A stretch of 64,000 nucleotides of DNA from Hormiphora californensis. Taxonomy: Eukaryota; Animalia; Ctenophora. This document shows, in pieces, positions 46,362-61,000 of the stretch. Each line of letters starts with the position of its first letter. The first letter of the stretch is position 1. Location of the stretch: contig CM035359.1 of NCBI GenBank assembly GCA_020137815.1, positions 2,046,001 to 2,110,000 of the forward strand. Direction: 5' to 3'. Under the pieces are notes generated by a model. The model was not told where the DNA came from, made no database searches, and saw only the letters and a program-made list of their open reading frames with translations. A program made the position numbers and the translations under genes.

Positions 46362-47170
46362 TATTATATATTTCCTTGATTTCCCTGACATGGAATGTGT
46401 GTGAATTGTTTGTTTTGTCCTGGGGATTCCAGTTCCTTGTGTTATAGTGGGAGATTAGTGTATGTGGGAGCCAGATCGAATTCAGATCTCTGCAGAAGGT
46501 TTGCAGAATTTGATCTCATACCCTTTCAATTCGTCAAGTATCATGTTTTGTCACTATATGTGATCATCACGCTGTGATATTGAGAGTTTTATTACATAAT
46601 CATCCTCTTTCCTGACCTTTGAGACCTATAAAACAGTTTTGAACCTTTGAGACGGTCTCAATGAGACCTATAATAACATGTTATGTCTCATTGTTATAAC
46701 AGTGCCTGTATGTATTGAATACCTCCATATTATTCTCTAACATTTCTATGTAGTATTTGTCCAGACCTATATCTTGCCTTGTTCTAACCCTTCAAAAAGA
46801 GTTTGAACAAAACAAGACCTATATATATCTTCATCGCTGCAGCACTGTAGTCTGTAACTCAAGTATCGTGTGTTACTGTGTTGTCCGGGTGTTATTGAAT
46901 TTGAGAGAAGACCTCTGGCTCCTAGGTTGCACACTTCACTGAATCTCAAATCTTGTTGAGATGTTGCCTTTCAGCACAGAGCTGATTTTCTGAAACCCCC
47001 TATTCAGTTGCTATTCGACAAATATATTCAGCGCATATAGTTATCAGAGAGCAATTAATTATCAGAGAGAGAGAGAGAGAGAGAGAGTTTTTATTGAGAG
47101 CACATATGAGAGATCCAATTATTTGAAATCATTATCTATAATGTTTTAGGGGTAGTTTAGATCCGTGATC

Positions 47171-48982
47171 ATGCTGTTACGGATTCTCCTCTCCCTCGGT
47201 CTCATCCTCTCCCTCGGTCTCATCCACACGGTCTCATCTTGTAGCTGCCCTCCTGTCAGCGTACACCAACAACTATGTAGCGCCGATATTCGTAAGTCAT
47301 TATACGACATGCAGTCGGATGCGGCCGATTTACCGGGCATGCACCCCCGAGCATCCCGGTAAATGGGGGTCCAACTCCATTTATTTGGGTTTAGCTTTGC
47401 AAGTTAAGTATCTACTCCCTACAAAGTACAAACTGTCTAGTGCCGCCAGCCCCAATTTGAAAGGGTAAAGGGTTCTGCCGAGCCGACAGACAGCTATTAT
47501 AAACTGTGCATAAAAGCAGTTTAGGTACTGCAGTAGGTCTATTGCATATTTTTCTCAAATTTCCCATTTTCAGTGGTAAAGGGGGAGGTATTTTCACAGC
47601 GGGAAGAGTTTCCTGAGGAATATAAGGAAAGTAAGACATTTTAACCTAATTATTAGTTCTTACTTAATCAAAATCAAACGACAAACATGTCTTAGCAGTG
47701 GCTCCTCATCTTACTCCTTATCTGACTTTTCTTTATAACCTCATTATAACCTCATTATAACCTAATAATGACCTCATTATAACCTCATTATAACCTCATT
47801 ATAACCTCATTATAACCTCATTATAACCTCATTATAACCTCATTATAACCTCATTATAACCTCATTATAACCTCATTATAGCCTCATCGTAACTTCATTA
47901 TAACCTCATTATAACTTCATTAGTAACTTCCTCCCCACCAGTTATCGAATCGATGCGAGATATCGATGGGTTTGAGTTGTTCAACCAAATGGGGAGAGTG
48001 ATCTACGTTATTGGTTTAGAGAAGGTCTACAGAGGTAATAATATGCCGGAACAAGTAAATAACCAATCAGAACTCGTTATTTAGGTGACGTGACTGGTTA
48101 TCAGCCAATCAGGGACCAGTATTTCCTGATTCGGTCGGTTCCTGATAATATGCGTGAGAGAATAGCTGGTATTATAGTTACATATTACTAATTGGAAAGT
48201 AATAACTTAGTTTATTAGATAAATAATTCACAGACCCTAAGATAGCCCTAGATTGAGAAAAACAAACTTCAATCTCTAGCCTCTCCATGACAAGTTGTAA
48301 TTAGTAATTTACATCTCCACAGGTGAGGTATCTGGAACTTCTACGATCATCGAGGTGTCAACTCCCCTTGCTGGTAATCTATGTGGCATCACCCTTTCTG
48401 TGGGCACCAAGTACCTTCTGGATGTGAAAATGGGCCTCGATGGAGAGTACACGGTACGTGCAACTTACTCGAAGTTGTCAACCCCCGCCCCCCTTCTTGT
48501 GCGCCCGTTTTTGCACACCTATCATCTTAACGTGTTGTACTGCACACGCGTCAAACACTAATAAGTATCGCATTTTTATACGTTAATTTTTGAATATGAT
48601 GTGTTATATTTTTAACTGATTGTTTCAGATTAATGGATGCGACCTTGCCCGAAGGTGGTCATTCGATATCGACCCGGTGTTTATGAATCAACTAAACGAC
48701 GGTAAATATACTGTTACTATTATAATGGTAACCGTTACTATGGTAACCGTTACTATGGTAACCGTTACTATTGTAACCGTAGTAACTATCGTGGAAGTAT
48801 TTCAATGTTTCCTTTCTCAGGAAACCTAGACTGTGACTGCGTGCTCAGTACCTACCAATGGGACCCAGCTACCAACTACTACCAGACAATGAAATGCTGC
48901 GCCGATAACCAGTGGACTTGGCAGGTAATGCAATGTCAGCGTTTTAGTTGAGAGAATCTAGGAGAGAGCATTTATTTAACTA

Positions 48983-49075
<93 letters not shown>

Positions 49076-52000
49076 GAGAGAGAGAGAGAGAGAAAAAGAG
49101 AGAGATCTTTACTTTAACTAGGAAAGAAATATCGCTAAGATCATCGATCAGGGTTCCATGTGGATCTTATATCTTGCAGGTATAACATGCCAATAAATTA
49201 CTGATCGTTCCTCCTCATCCTATGCAGGTTCAACATTGCTCCCAGTTTAGCTATTGTTCTGGTGATAAAGAGGGGCAGTGCATGTGGAACCGTAATGATA
49301 GGTACGTGTGTATTACACAAATAAGGTAAAGTCGGACCCCGATTTACCGGGATACTCGGGGGAAAGGGTTTTGCCCGATAAATCGTGGTGTCCGGTATAT
49401 CGGGGTCCAACTGCACCTTGTATTCTGATGTTGGTCCAGTTAAAAGAGTAGGTTGAGAGATACCAACATAAACATTCCGACAAGCTCGGTGGGCTGATTT
49501 TACTTTTCCCCGCTCCCTTGGTCTATAATATCCCCCTCTCAATTCATACTTATTCTTCCAAAGTTCTCGTTCACCCCTCCTCCAATCAACCCGCGGAGTT
49601 AAACCTGATCATCCCATCTCGATTCCACCTTTTGCTATATCTATTGCTACCCGTTTCCCCTCTCTATTCCCCCTATATTCCTTTCTATTCCCCTTTTCTA
49701 TAATTCCTGCTCCGCCTTTTCAGGTATGAGGAATGTCTGAACGATGCAGGGTTCACCCTTGGTGCTGATGGGTGTGTCCAAGAGAGAGGTACTGAACACG
49801 CCCCCTCCCCCATCCATCAACTTCCCATTCTTGTATCTATTTGTACCTATATCTAGGTCCACGCAATCGCGCCACGCACCCTCTCAAAATGCCTCTGATC
49901 ATATATTATTGCTAGTCGTATCTCTCTTACAGTTAAAGTAACAAACTCTCTCACCATTGCTAATTGTATCTCTCTTAGTTAAAGTAACAAACTCTCTCAC
50001 CATTGCCGATCGTATCTCTCTTAGTTAAAGTAACAAACTCTCTCACCATTGCCGATCGTATCTCTCTTAGTTAAAGTAACAAACTCTCTCCTACCAGAAT
50101 GCCCTGAGGGCTCCATTATCCGTGATACTGACACTGAACAGATGACTTGTGACGACATGAATGTTCAATACTTGGGTTTTGTTCGGAAGGCAGCTTGTGT
50201 TTGTCCGGATAACCTCCCCATTTTGGATGTTAAGAGAAACACGTGTGTTAGAGGTTCGTTTATTAAACATCCAGCTGATAGAGTCGGCGTTCCCCTGTCT
50301 GGCGCCGCCGACCCCATCTGAGCGCACTGTTGATTACTTTGAGAATAAAATTGGGGTATGGGCGCCGCCATACAGGTGTCCCCCTAGCTTTCTTTTCAGA
50401 TCTTCTCTCCAGCACACTTTCAATCTAGTGTACCACCCCTTTCGTGTGTGAGAGGTATATAGGGGTAATAAGGGTGAAATGCGTGAATGGGCCGGGGGTG
50501 GGGGGGGGGGGGTCCAACCTTTTTTTTGTATTTTTTTGTACAGGCCCTACAAAAAAATATCCAAAATTCTTGAAGTAGAAGTAGTGCTTCGTAATTCTCG
50601 CATATAATGTGTTTGTAATAAAAATCCACGCCTATTGTTCAGTAAACACACAGCACTTTAACAACAGGCGTGGGTCAGTAAAACAAAGCAAGAGACTAAT
50701 CGTGTGAAAGCATATGAAAGCTTAACTAGCCAATGTTTTTATTGTAAAACCTATAAAACAAAAATATAGGGTTTACAGGATTTCATTAGGCCCCTTTGTC
50801 ATGTTTATAATCTCTCTCACGCCGCCTCCCGAACAATGCACAGTGTGACACAGGCCACGGGGGCCTTCTTTTCAGGATGGCCCTCGAGTTGTGATAAACG
50901 TGCATAATATTAGAATTAGCATCTACTAGATTGCCTTCTCGAGCAGCTGGCACATCGCCGTGCTGGATACTATAAAACCTAGAGTTTCCCATCACTCAAC
51001 AACAACACCACCAACACCAAGATGAAGTTTCTGATCGTTCTACTGTTCGCCCTGGCCCACGCTAAGGACGATGGACTGAAGGTTATCCTACAAAGTCCCA
51101 CCAAGACCCTGGAGCTCTACAAAAAGTTCAAGGGAGAGCAACACCTCCAGTTTGGCTCTGCCGAGGAAGGGATGAGGTTCAGGATCTTCAAACTGAATGC
51201 CCATTATGTGGCCAGTGAGAACGATGTCGAGGGAGAGACCGCCCACTTCGCACTCAACATGTTCTCCACGATGACTGAGGCGGAGAAGAAGCAGCGATTA
51301 CCCGGGACTAAAACGCCACGGCACACCCCAAATTTCCCCACCTGAGGGCCCAAGGGCCCCTTGTTCCTGAACGAAAAATTGGGGAAGAGGGGGAAGGGGT
51401 TTTTGACGGGTATTTCTCTTAGTTAAAGTAACAAACTCTCTCCTTCCAGAATGCCCTGAGGGCTCCATTATCCGCGATACTGACACTGAACAGATGACTT
51501 GTGACGACATGAATGTTCAATACTTGGGTTTTGTTCGGAAGGCAGCTTGTGTTTGTCCGGATAACCTGCCCATTTTGGATGTAAAGAGAAACACTTGTGT
51601 GAAAGGTTCGTTTATTTGTCCACTTCCAGCTGATAGAGCCGGTGTCCCCTAGCTTTCTTTTCAGATCTTCTCTCCAGCACACTTTCAATCTATTGTACCA
51701 CCCCTTTCGTGTGTGAGAGGTATATACAGGGTGTCCCATATATTCTCTGGGTCGGTTGAGGAGCTGTCACGCAAAAACGGTGATAGTTGTGTGAAAACAA
51801 ACTGCGGGAGTGTGCTGGATTAATTCCTTCCTAACTGATGGCTTTGTTTTAAAATTAAATTTCAAAAGTTCATTTTTCATGAATGAACATTGCTGCCGTT
51901 CATTCATGAATTCTGAAATATTGTTTACCTTGAGTAAGTAACTTTTCTTTGGCTCGCAATTATCTTTCCAATGAGCACCATAAAACTCAAATTGAAGCAC

Positions 52001-55000
52001 CAGGTCACATGACAGTTGAGAAAATGAACATGCATGATTTTGGCTCTTTTTGCGACTTTTAATAGGCTGTATCACCGCTACCTTATCTTCAATCTTTTGG
52101 AAACTTTGGGTGAACATTGGATAAGCAAAGATCTTTGCTCACAAGAAAAATCAAGGTCATAACGCAAAGTTCATTTTTCAATTTTGGTAGTTCATTCCAC
52201 TCATTCAGGAACCAAAATCCCTAAAGTGATGAAAAGTGTTGGGTTTTGTTTGGTCCATGTCCTGCAATGACAGAGAGGTGTAGTAACGTGTTTCCAAGCT
52301 AGTTAGTGAGTGCCATGTGATCAAGGTGATATCTGACACCTTCGTTGAGCAATAATAAAGGGATTTTCTCAAATTCAAGCATGTGATTCGGGTCTTCTGC
52401 GATTAGTATCGCGATTAGTATCTTGAGAGATCTCATAGCATCTCAAAAATGATGGTTAGTTCAATGAAATGAGTTGATTGATGACCAATAAGATTAAGAC
52501 CGATGCCACATTGAAATCAAAGACCATTTTAGATCATAAATCAACTCATTAGTCATTTCATTGAACTAACCATCATTTTCGAGGGGCTATGAGATCTCTC
52601 TGCACGATACCAATCGCAGAAAACTCAAATCACTTGCTTGAATTTGAGAAAATCCCTTTATTATTGCTCAACGAAGGTGTCAGATATCACCTTGATCACA
52701 TGGCACTCACTAACTAGCTTGGAAACACGTTACTACACCTCTCTGTCATTGCAGGACATGGACCAAACAAAACCCAACACTTTTCATCACTTTAGGGATT
52801 TTGGTTCCTGAATGAGTGGAATGAACTACCAAAATTGAAAAATGAACTTTGCGTTATGACCTTGATTTTTCTTGTGAGCAAAGATCTTTGCTTATCCAAT
52901 GTTCACCCAAAGTTTCCAAAAGATTGAAGATAAGGTAGCGGTGATACAGCCTATTAAAAGTCGCAAAAAGAGCCAAAATCATGCATGTTCATTTTCTCAA
53001 CTGTCATGTGACCTGGTGCTTCAATTTGAGTTTTATGGTGCTCATTGGAAAGATAATTGCGAGCCAAAGAAAAGTTACTTACTCAAGGTAAACAATATTT
53101 CAGAATTCATGAATGAACGGCAGCAATGTTCATTCATGAAAAATGAACTTTTGAAATTTAATTTTAAAACAAAGCCATCAGTTAGGAAGGAATTAATCCA
53201 GCACACTCCCGCAGTTTGTTTTCACACAACTATCACCGTTTTTGCGTGACAGCTCGCCAACCGACCCAGAGAATATATGGGACACCCTGTAGGGGTAATA
53301 AGGGTGAAATGCGTGAATGGGCCGGGGGTCGGGGGGGGGGGGTCCAACCTATTTTTTGTATTTTTTTTGTACAAGCCCTACAAAAAAATATACAAAATTC
53401 TTGAAATAGAAGTAGTGCTTCGTAATTCTCGCATATAATGTGTTTGTAATAAAAATCCACGCCTATTGTTCAGCAAACACATAGCACTTTAACAACAGGC
53501 GTGGGTCAGTAAAACAAAGCAAGAGACTAATCGTGTGAAAGCATATGAATGCTTCTAGCCAATGTTTTTATTGTAAAACCTATAAAACAAAAAGTATAGG
53601 GTTTACAGGATTTTATTAGGCCCCTTTGTCATCTTCATAATCTCTCTCACACCGCCTCCCGAACAATGCACGGTGTGAAACGGGCCACGGGGGCCTTCTT
53701 TTCAGGATGGCCCGCGAGTTGTGATAAACGTGCATAATATTAGAATTAGCATCTACTAGATTGCCTTCTCGAGCAGCTGGTACATCCCGTGCTGGAAACT
53801 ATAAAACCAAGAGTTTCCCATCACTCAACAACACCACCACCAACACCAACATGAAGTTTCTGATCGTTCTACTGGTCGCCCTGGCCCACGCTAAGGACGA
53901 TGGACTGAAGGTTATCCTGCAAAGTCCCACCAAGACCCTGGAGCTCTACAAGAAGTTCAAGGGAGAGCAACACCTCCAGTTTGGCTCTGCCGAGGAAGGG
54001 ATGAGGTTCAGGATCTTCAAACTGAATGCCCATTATGTGGCCAGTGAGAACGATGTCGAGGGAGAGACCGCCCACTTCGCACTCAACATGTTCTCCACGA
54101 TGACTGAGGCAGAAAAACAGCGATACCAGGGACTAAACGCCACCGGACACTCACCCAATCTACCCGACCTGAGGAGCCGAAGGGCCGTTGTTCCTGAACA
54201 GAAACTCTGGATGAACGAGGGTAAGGTGACTGCTGTCAAGAACCAGGGTTCCTGTGGATCTTGCTGGACTTTTGGAGCGGTGGGAGGGTTGGAGACCAGA
54301 TATGCCATTGCGAGTGGTGTCCTGAGGAACTTCGCCGAGCAGGAGTACCTAGACTGTGTGTACGAGGGGCAGAAGGATGGTTGTAATGGAGGATGGCCAG
54401 ATCACTGCTACACTCACTCCGCAGGAAATGGAAGGCTGGCTGCTACCTCTGACTACCCCTACGCTGCATCAGATGGGGGATGCTCTGTTGGTTCTATCCC
54501 TAACGCCCTCGTCGCTGCCAAGATCTCAGGTTTCACCTCGGTGGGTTACGGAGAAACTGCGTGTATTGCCGCACTGGCTGAAGGATCCGTTTCCATGGCG
54601 ATAGAGGTTACCAACCGGTTCCAGTCGTACTCAAGTGGTGTCCTCAAGGATACCACCTGTACCGGAAGCGTCAACCACGCCGTCACTGGAGTGGGTTACA
54701 CTCCCGACTATGTTGTGGTAAAGAACTCCTGGGGAACCGCCTGGGGAGACGGAGGATTTGTCAAAATGACCCGAAACCATCACAACTGTGACCTATGGAA
54801 TTACGTCAACTACGCTGACCTGACTGTCACGGGAGTATCTGATAACTCTCCGGCATGATACCGCAACCAGCTACGACCCCCTCAAGACAAACAGCGATGA
54901 CGTGGCAGTGCCCTGTGAAAACTCGGTCAAGGATTCCACCTGCAAGAGTTACGATGAAGCTTACGGGTACTGTGATGAGGCTTGGTTTGCGGAGGACTAC

Positions 55001-58000
55001 TGTATGAAGTACTGTGGAACTTGCACCCCGGACGAGGGTGGAGATGATGATGATGGGGAGTGTGCTAGCGGTACTGTGAGGTGCGATGACGGAGTCTGCC
55101 GACACGAGCACATGTGTTAAACTGTACTGATAGAAAGTACCAGTGATTTTGTTGGTGACATAGACACCTGGCGCGACCCCCCACACATGTGTGCGGGGGT
55201 TGCACCAGGTGTCTATGTCACCACTCACCAAGCAGTGATTTAGACTAATTGCATTGTTAAAATGATTTTATCAGAATCAGAAATGACTTTTTCATTATTT
55301 TCATTCAACCTTAAAAATTATTGAAGGCTGCACGTGCGGGTTGGTGCAGCGGGTGAGAGGGGTGCTCCTGGGCGAAGGAGCGGAGTGCGGGGATTTGGGT
55401 CATCGTGTGCTCTACTTCAACGGGCTTTCTAGTCAACCATAATGGGGGTGGATAATTATTGATGACGACGTTCCCCGGTTTTTTGCCCCTCCCCCATTAT
55501 TCCACGTATTCCCATCAGATTCTGAGTGTCCAAGGGATCCTCCTCCCCAGGGGAAGTTTGGTAAACAATTGGATCTAGCTCAGGAGATTGTGATGTGTCC
55601 CGGTAATCAGGTACATTTATCTGCAACAATACTCACGCGTGATTTTTCAAGGTCACGCGTGATTTTTTCAAGGTCACGCGTGATTTTTCAAGGTCACGCA
55701 TTCGACCCTTGGTGTTTATCACGTTCAATTGGAATCAGTATTATATAGTTTCTACGGATGTTCCCCACTCAGATATTTTATGAGGGTTGTCTGCCGTGTA
55801 TTCAGACTTGCGGACAGTCCATATCATGGTGCTCAAGGTATAGTGCTCTTTTGTGTGTCTGTATTAATTGTCTGTATGTATTTTTATCATTATTTTATTA
55901 GAGAGGGAGGCGAGATAATTAGTTAAAACAATTGGTTAATTAATTAATTAATTAATTAATTAACTAAAATTTGAAATGTAGGTTAACTGTAACAACACGA
56001 TAAATTGTCTACTAATGAACTACTATATTGTGCAGGATTTGTATCCCTATGGCATGTGGGTGCCCAATTGATAAGCCTGTACTAATTGGTAACGTGTGTT
56101 ACAATCAGGAGGAATGTCAGAATGCTATTGATGGAGAAGGTAAGTTCAATAATTGATTCAACTCCAAACTGTTCCAGTTTAGGAAACAGTGAACAGAAAT
56201 CTTTGGATTCCATAAAATATATCTCCTGAAATCTTTGAATGCTTTCTTTTTTGATCGATTCAATGCATGTAGTTAACTTTAGAAATGCGATGGATAGGAT
56301 CCCCTGCATACAAATGTATTTTACATTAAAAAACCCCATTGATCTGCCTGTAACCTCTGATCACTTGTCCTCCCGATTGATTTTCAGCAGATGATCCTGT
56401 CGATCCTGACGATGATTGGAAACCCACTGATTCGAACTCTGCTGCACCAACCACTCACATGACGTCATATGACGTCACCACTCACATCACTCATGATCTC
56501 ACAAACAAACCTGACCTCACAAGCACATATAAACCTGACCTCACAAGCACATATAAACCTGACCTCACAAGCACATATAAACCTGAAAATGAAGCCACAA
56601 GCACATTTACCTATAAACCTGAAGATGATGCCACAAGCACATTCACGTACCCAACTGACAATAAAGCCACAAGCACATTCACGTACCCAACTGACACTGC
56701 CGTCACGAGTGACGACTTCATGTCTCATAATCACAGTGAATACGTAACAAATCATGCTACAAGTGACCATCACACGGCAGAAGAAGCAACTATATATACC
56801 ACGTTTTACGTCTCACCAAACGGAACAAATAATACACTTGAAACCACTGATCCGAAATCTGACGAAATTACCGGAACCTGGGAGATTTGGAACGATCCAG
56901 ATATACATACAAACACTCCCAGTGATTCAACCACCACCACCCCCAACAATTCAACCACCATCAACAATTCAACCACCATCACCACCACCAACCCAGATGA
57001 GACCGCTTATACTGAGCCCGCTACGGAGGACGGTGGATTTTTCTCTCCGAGTCCTACAATCATGATCGATCCCGCCGGCTCAACAACCGAGAAGGGTGTA
57101 ACCGAAAGTACTGTAACAGACCAGGAAATTGTAGAGAGCCCAAGTCCGACTCCGATCATTGACCCCGTCCCCACCACGGATGTAACAACTAAACCTGCAG
57201 AGCCAACAGAATACTCCACCCAACCTTCCCCGAGTCCTACAGCTGATAATATTGAAGTCCCTACTGAGGCTGATGTCACTGAAGGTAATTTTATTTTAAA
57301 TTTGACGTCGTGTTTTGGTTTTTGGCTGGACCCCTGTATAGATGACAAGCTAGTTCTTAAACTTCCCAGCCCCCCCCCCCTACAGCTGCAATACCAATTA
57401 TTAATTACATATTTCCCAGCGCCCCCTACTGCAATACTAATTACTTATTTCCCAGCGCCCCCTACTGCAATACTAATTACATATTTCCCAGCGCCCCCTA
57501 CTGCAATACTAATTACATATTTCCCAGCGCCCCCTACTGCAATACTAATTACTTATTTCCCAGCGCCCCCTACTGCAATACTAATTACATATTTCCCAGC
57601 GCCCCCTACTGCAATACTAATTACTTACTTCCCAGCGCCCCCTACTGCAATACTAATTACATATTTCCCAGCGCCCCCTACTGCAATACTAATTACTTAT
57701 TTCCCAGCGCCCCCTACTGCAATACTAATTACATATTTCCCAGCGCCCCCTACTGCAATACTAATTACTTATTTCCCAGCGCCCCCTACTGCAATACTAA
57801 TTACATATTTCCCAGCGCCCCCTACTGCAATACTAATTACTTACTTCCCAGCGCCCCCTACTGCAATACTAATTACATATTTCCCAGCGCCCCCTACTGC
57901 AATACTAATTACTTATTTCCCAGCGCCCCCTACTGCAATACTAATTACATATTTCCCAGCGCCCCCTACTGCAATACTAATTACATATTTCCCAGCGCCC

Positions 58001-61000
58001 CCTACTGCAATACTAATTACTTATTTCCCAGCTCCCCCTACTGCAATACTAATTACTTATTTCCCAGCGCCCCCTACTGCAATACTAATTACTTATTTCC
58101 CAGCGCCCCCTACTGCAATACTAATTACTTACTTCCCAGCGCCCCCTACTGACTGTATGGAGGTACCTGGCGAGATGGGGGGAGCACGGTGCACGGAGGA
58201 CGGGTACTACAAGACAAAACAGGTAATAGCCGAGAGGGATGTGCTCTAGATACTTTCAGTCGTTTTACAAATCTTGAGTGCTCCATCAATTGATTATTGT
58301 GGAGAGCTATTAACAAAATTTCGTTTCTTATGATGATTCAAACTTGGACAACTCACAACAACAAAGTTTGCGGTATACTAAGTTAACATCCCCCTCCCCC
58401 AGTGTAACGGTAAAACTGGGTTCTGCAAGTGTGTAAGCAAGATGGGTGAAGTAGTGGGAGAGGAGGTCATGTTCGAAATGTGGAGTGGAGATTGTAGTAA
58501 GTAAAACATAATATATGGTCATTGTTTTGTTAAACCTCATTTTTAGACGGTCTAGCTAGGCGAATCTGGACATTGTTGATTGTAACTCCCCCTCCGCATT
58601 GAACGTGGTTACGAAGTCACCCCTATTATCGCATAACGTGATCTCCTGATAACAATGTAACCCCTTCCTAACAGATGAGGATGGTATCTATGAGCCACAA
58701 CCTTGTTCCAACCCTGACATGGTTAATGTTAATTGTGTAAAGCCCGACAAGTACTGTGGTCACATGGACGCCATGGAGACGGATGAGGTAATTAATTAGG
58801 GGGTAATTAATTAGGGGGTAATTAATTAGGGGGGTGAGGGAGTGTGAGGGAGTGTGAGGGAGTGTGAGGGAGTGTGAGGGAGTGTGATGAGTGTGAGGGA
58901 GTGTGAGGGAGTGTGAGGGAGTGTGATGGAGTGTGATGGAGTGTGAGGGAGTGTGAGGGAGTGTGAGGGAGTGTGAGGGAGTGTGAGGGAGTGTGAGGGA
59001 GTGTGAGGGAGTGTGATGGAGTGTGAGGGAGTGTGAGGGAGTGTGAGGGAGTGTGAGTGAGTGTGAGGGAGTGTGAGGGATTGTACCTTTGAGCCACAAC
59101 CTTGTTCCAACCCTGACATGGTTAATGTTAATTGTGTAAAGCCCGACAAGTACTGTGGTCACATGGACATCATGGAGACGGATGAGGTAATTAATTAGGG
59201 GGTAATTAATTAGGGGGTGAGGGAGTGTGAGGGAAGGAGTCTTGAGAGTAGGAAATGTCGGGTTGAGACGTGAGGGGTCGAGAACACAGGGAATTATAGG
59301 ACTCCTTGATCATTATTATTATCTACCTCTCCCCAGAAGCCATGTCTCGCGGGATGTAACTGCCCAGAATCAGCACCCTACGTGACCGAAGATGGTCGAT
59401 GTGTGGTCGAGGAGGCGTGCCCGGACATGCCCATGTGGGAGGAAATATTGGGTGATTTCCTCAGACAAGCAAACGTTTCAAGATGGAATGAGATGAGAGA
59501 GGAACAGGGTGAGTAATGTTACCCAGAATCCAACAGGTGTTTGGACCACGCGACCCCTAACAACCCCACTAACAAACCACCCTAACAACCCGCCCTAACA
59601 ACCTCACTAACAACCGAATATTACCCAGAATCCGAGGTATTAGGAGGAGAACAAGTAGAGGACCCGACCTGTGTGGACGGGAACAGGAATTGTGTCAGTT
59701 GGTCATCACGATCGGGGGATCTGTGTACAACCCATGCATACATGAGGAAGAACTGCCGGAAGTCTTGTGGGACGTGCCCCATGGTATCGGTCCAGGGATC
59801 AGAAGTGGAGGTCGTTGTTACACGTGGGTTATGTTATATTTTATGAAGGAGCAGTTACAAACTTTCGTTGACCCTGTTTGGCAGTTTTTTTGTCTTTATA
59901 CCCTTCGAGAACTAAATTGTAACCTTTCCAGGAGAGAACAAAACGTGTGAGGAGATTGATAACGATATTCTATCTTACTACGAGTCTTTGGATGCTACAC
60001 CCGTATTTGGTAATTATCGACATAACGACAATAGTATGGTTGCCATGGCAACGGTCTATAATAACGAATGTTATCCCCCTTTATCAGGTGGTATGAGTGT
60101 GATCTGTCTGAACTCCAACCCCAACCTGTTCTTCACAACCCAATGTGTCGGATCTGTGTGTTTCTGTGTTGATGGAGAGACCGGTGTAACTCATCCTGGT
60201 TATGTCTTCTCTCGTGGGCAGTCCGTTCAGTGCCCCGGGTGAGTCCATCACTTACCTTATATGGTATGGAGTGAGTCAATCACTTACCATATATGGTATG
60301 GAGTGAGTCCATCACTTACCATATATGGTATGGAGTGAGTCTATCACTTACCATATATGGTATGGAATGATAGGGAGTCTCCTATAAATATCCCCTCAAG
60401 TAATGCACACCACGTGTACTTGATACATCAGTTTCCAACTTTCTCTCTCCCTGATCTATCCCCCATGCAGTACCCAAGATTGTCTCCCCCTCTCTCATCT
60501 TCCCTTCCACCCCAAGTACCCCAGATTATCTCCCCCTCTCTCATCTCCCCTAATACCCCAGAATGCCCCCCCCCCCTCTCTCATCTCCCCTAATACCCCA
60601 GAATGCCCCCCCCCCCCTCTCTCATCTCCCCTAATACCCCAGATTGTCTCCCTTCTCTCATCTCCCCTAATACCCCATATTGTCTCCCCCTCTCTCTCAT
60701 CTTTCCCCCCTCCCAGTACCCCAGAATGCCCTGGAAACCAGGAGTACCTGTCGTGTGGTGAACCTGTTATGAAGAAGTGCGGAGAGGAGAGTGAACCCTT
60801 TGACTATGAAGGAGCCGGTTGTACGCAGGTACCCTAGTAAAGGTCATTTCTGGTTAAAATGGGCCCATTTTCGGCCATTAACGCGCCCAATTTCAACAAT
60901 ATGGGCCCATTTTTGCTGGTATATGCGCCCATTCTCTCGCTGCAGAGCCTTTATCCTAGACCATGGCTGCATAATGGTGTTACTGTTTATAAAACTTCCC

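Noticed and set aside
51767-53249. Two identical 116-aa ORFs on opposite strands
   Set aside because: They simply reflect the long TIRs of the fold-back element; no recognisable domain.
54856-55230. Selenocysteine or readthrough at the cathepsin TGA, with a 3' hairpin at ~55155-55222
   Set aside because: The same frame stops again at 54898 and the tail is in another frame. The hairpin is a near-perfect palindrome flanked by CAGTGATTT direct repeats (MITE-like), not SECIS-like.
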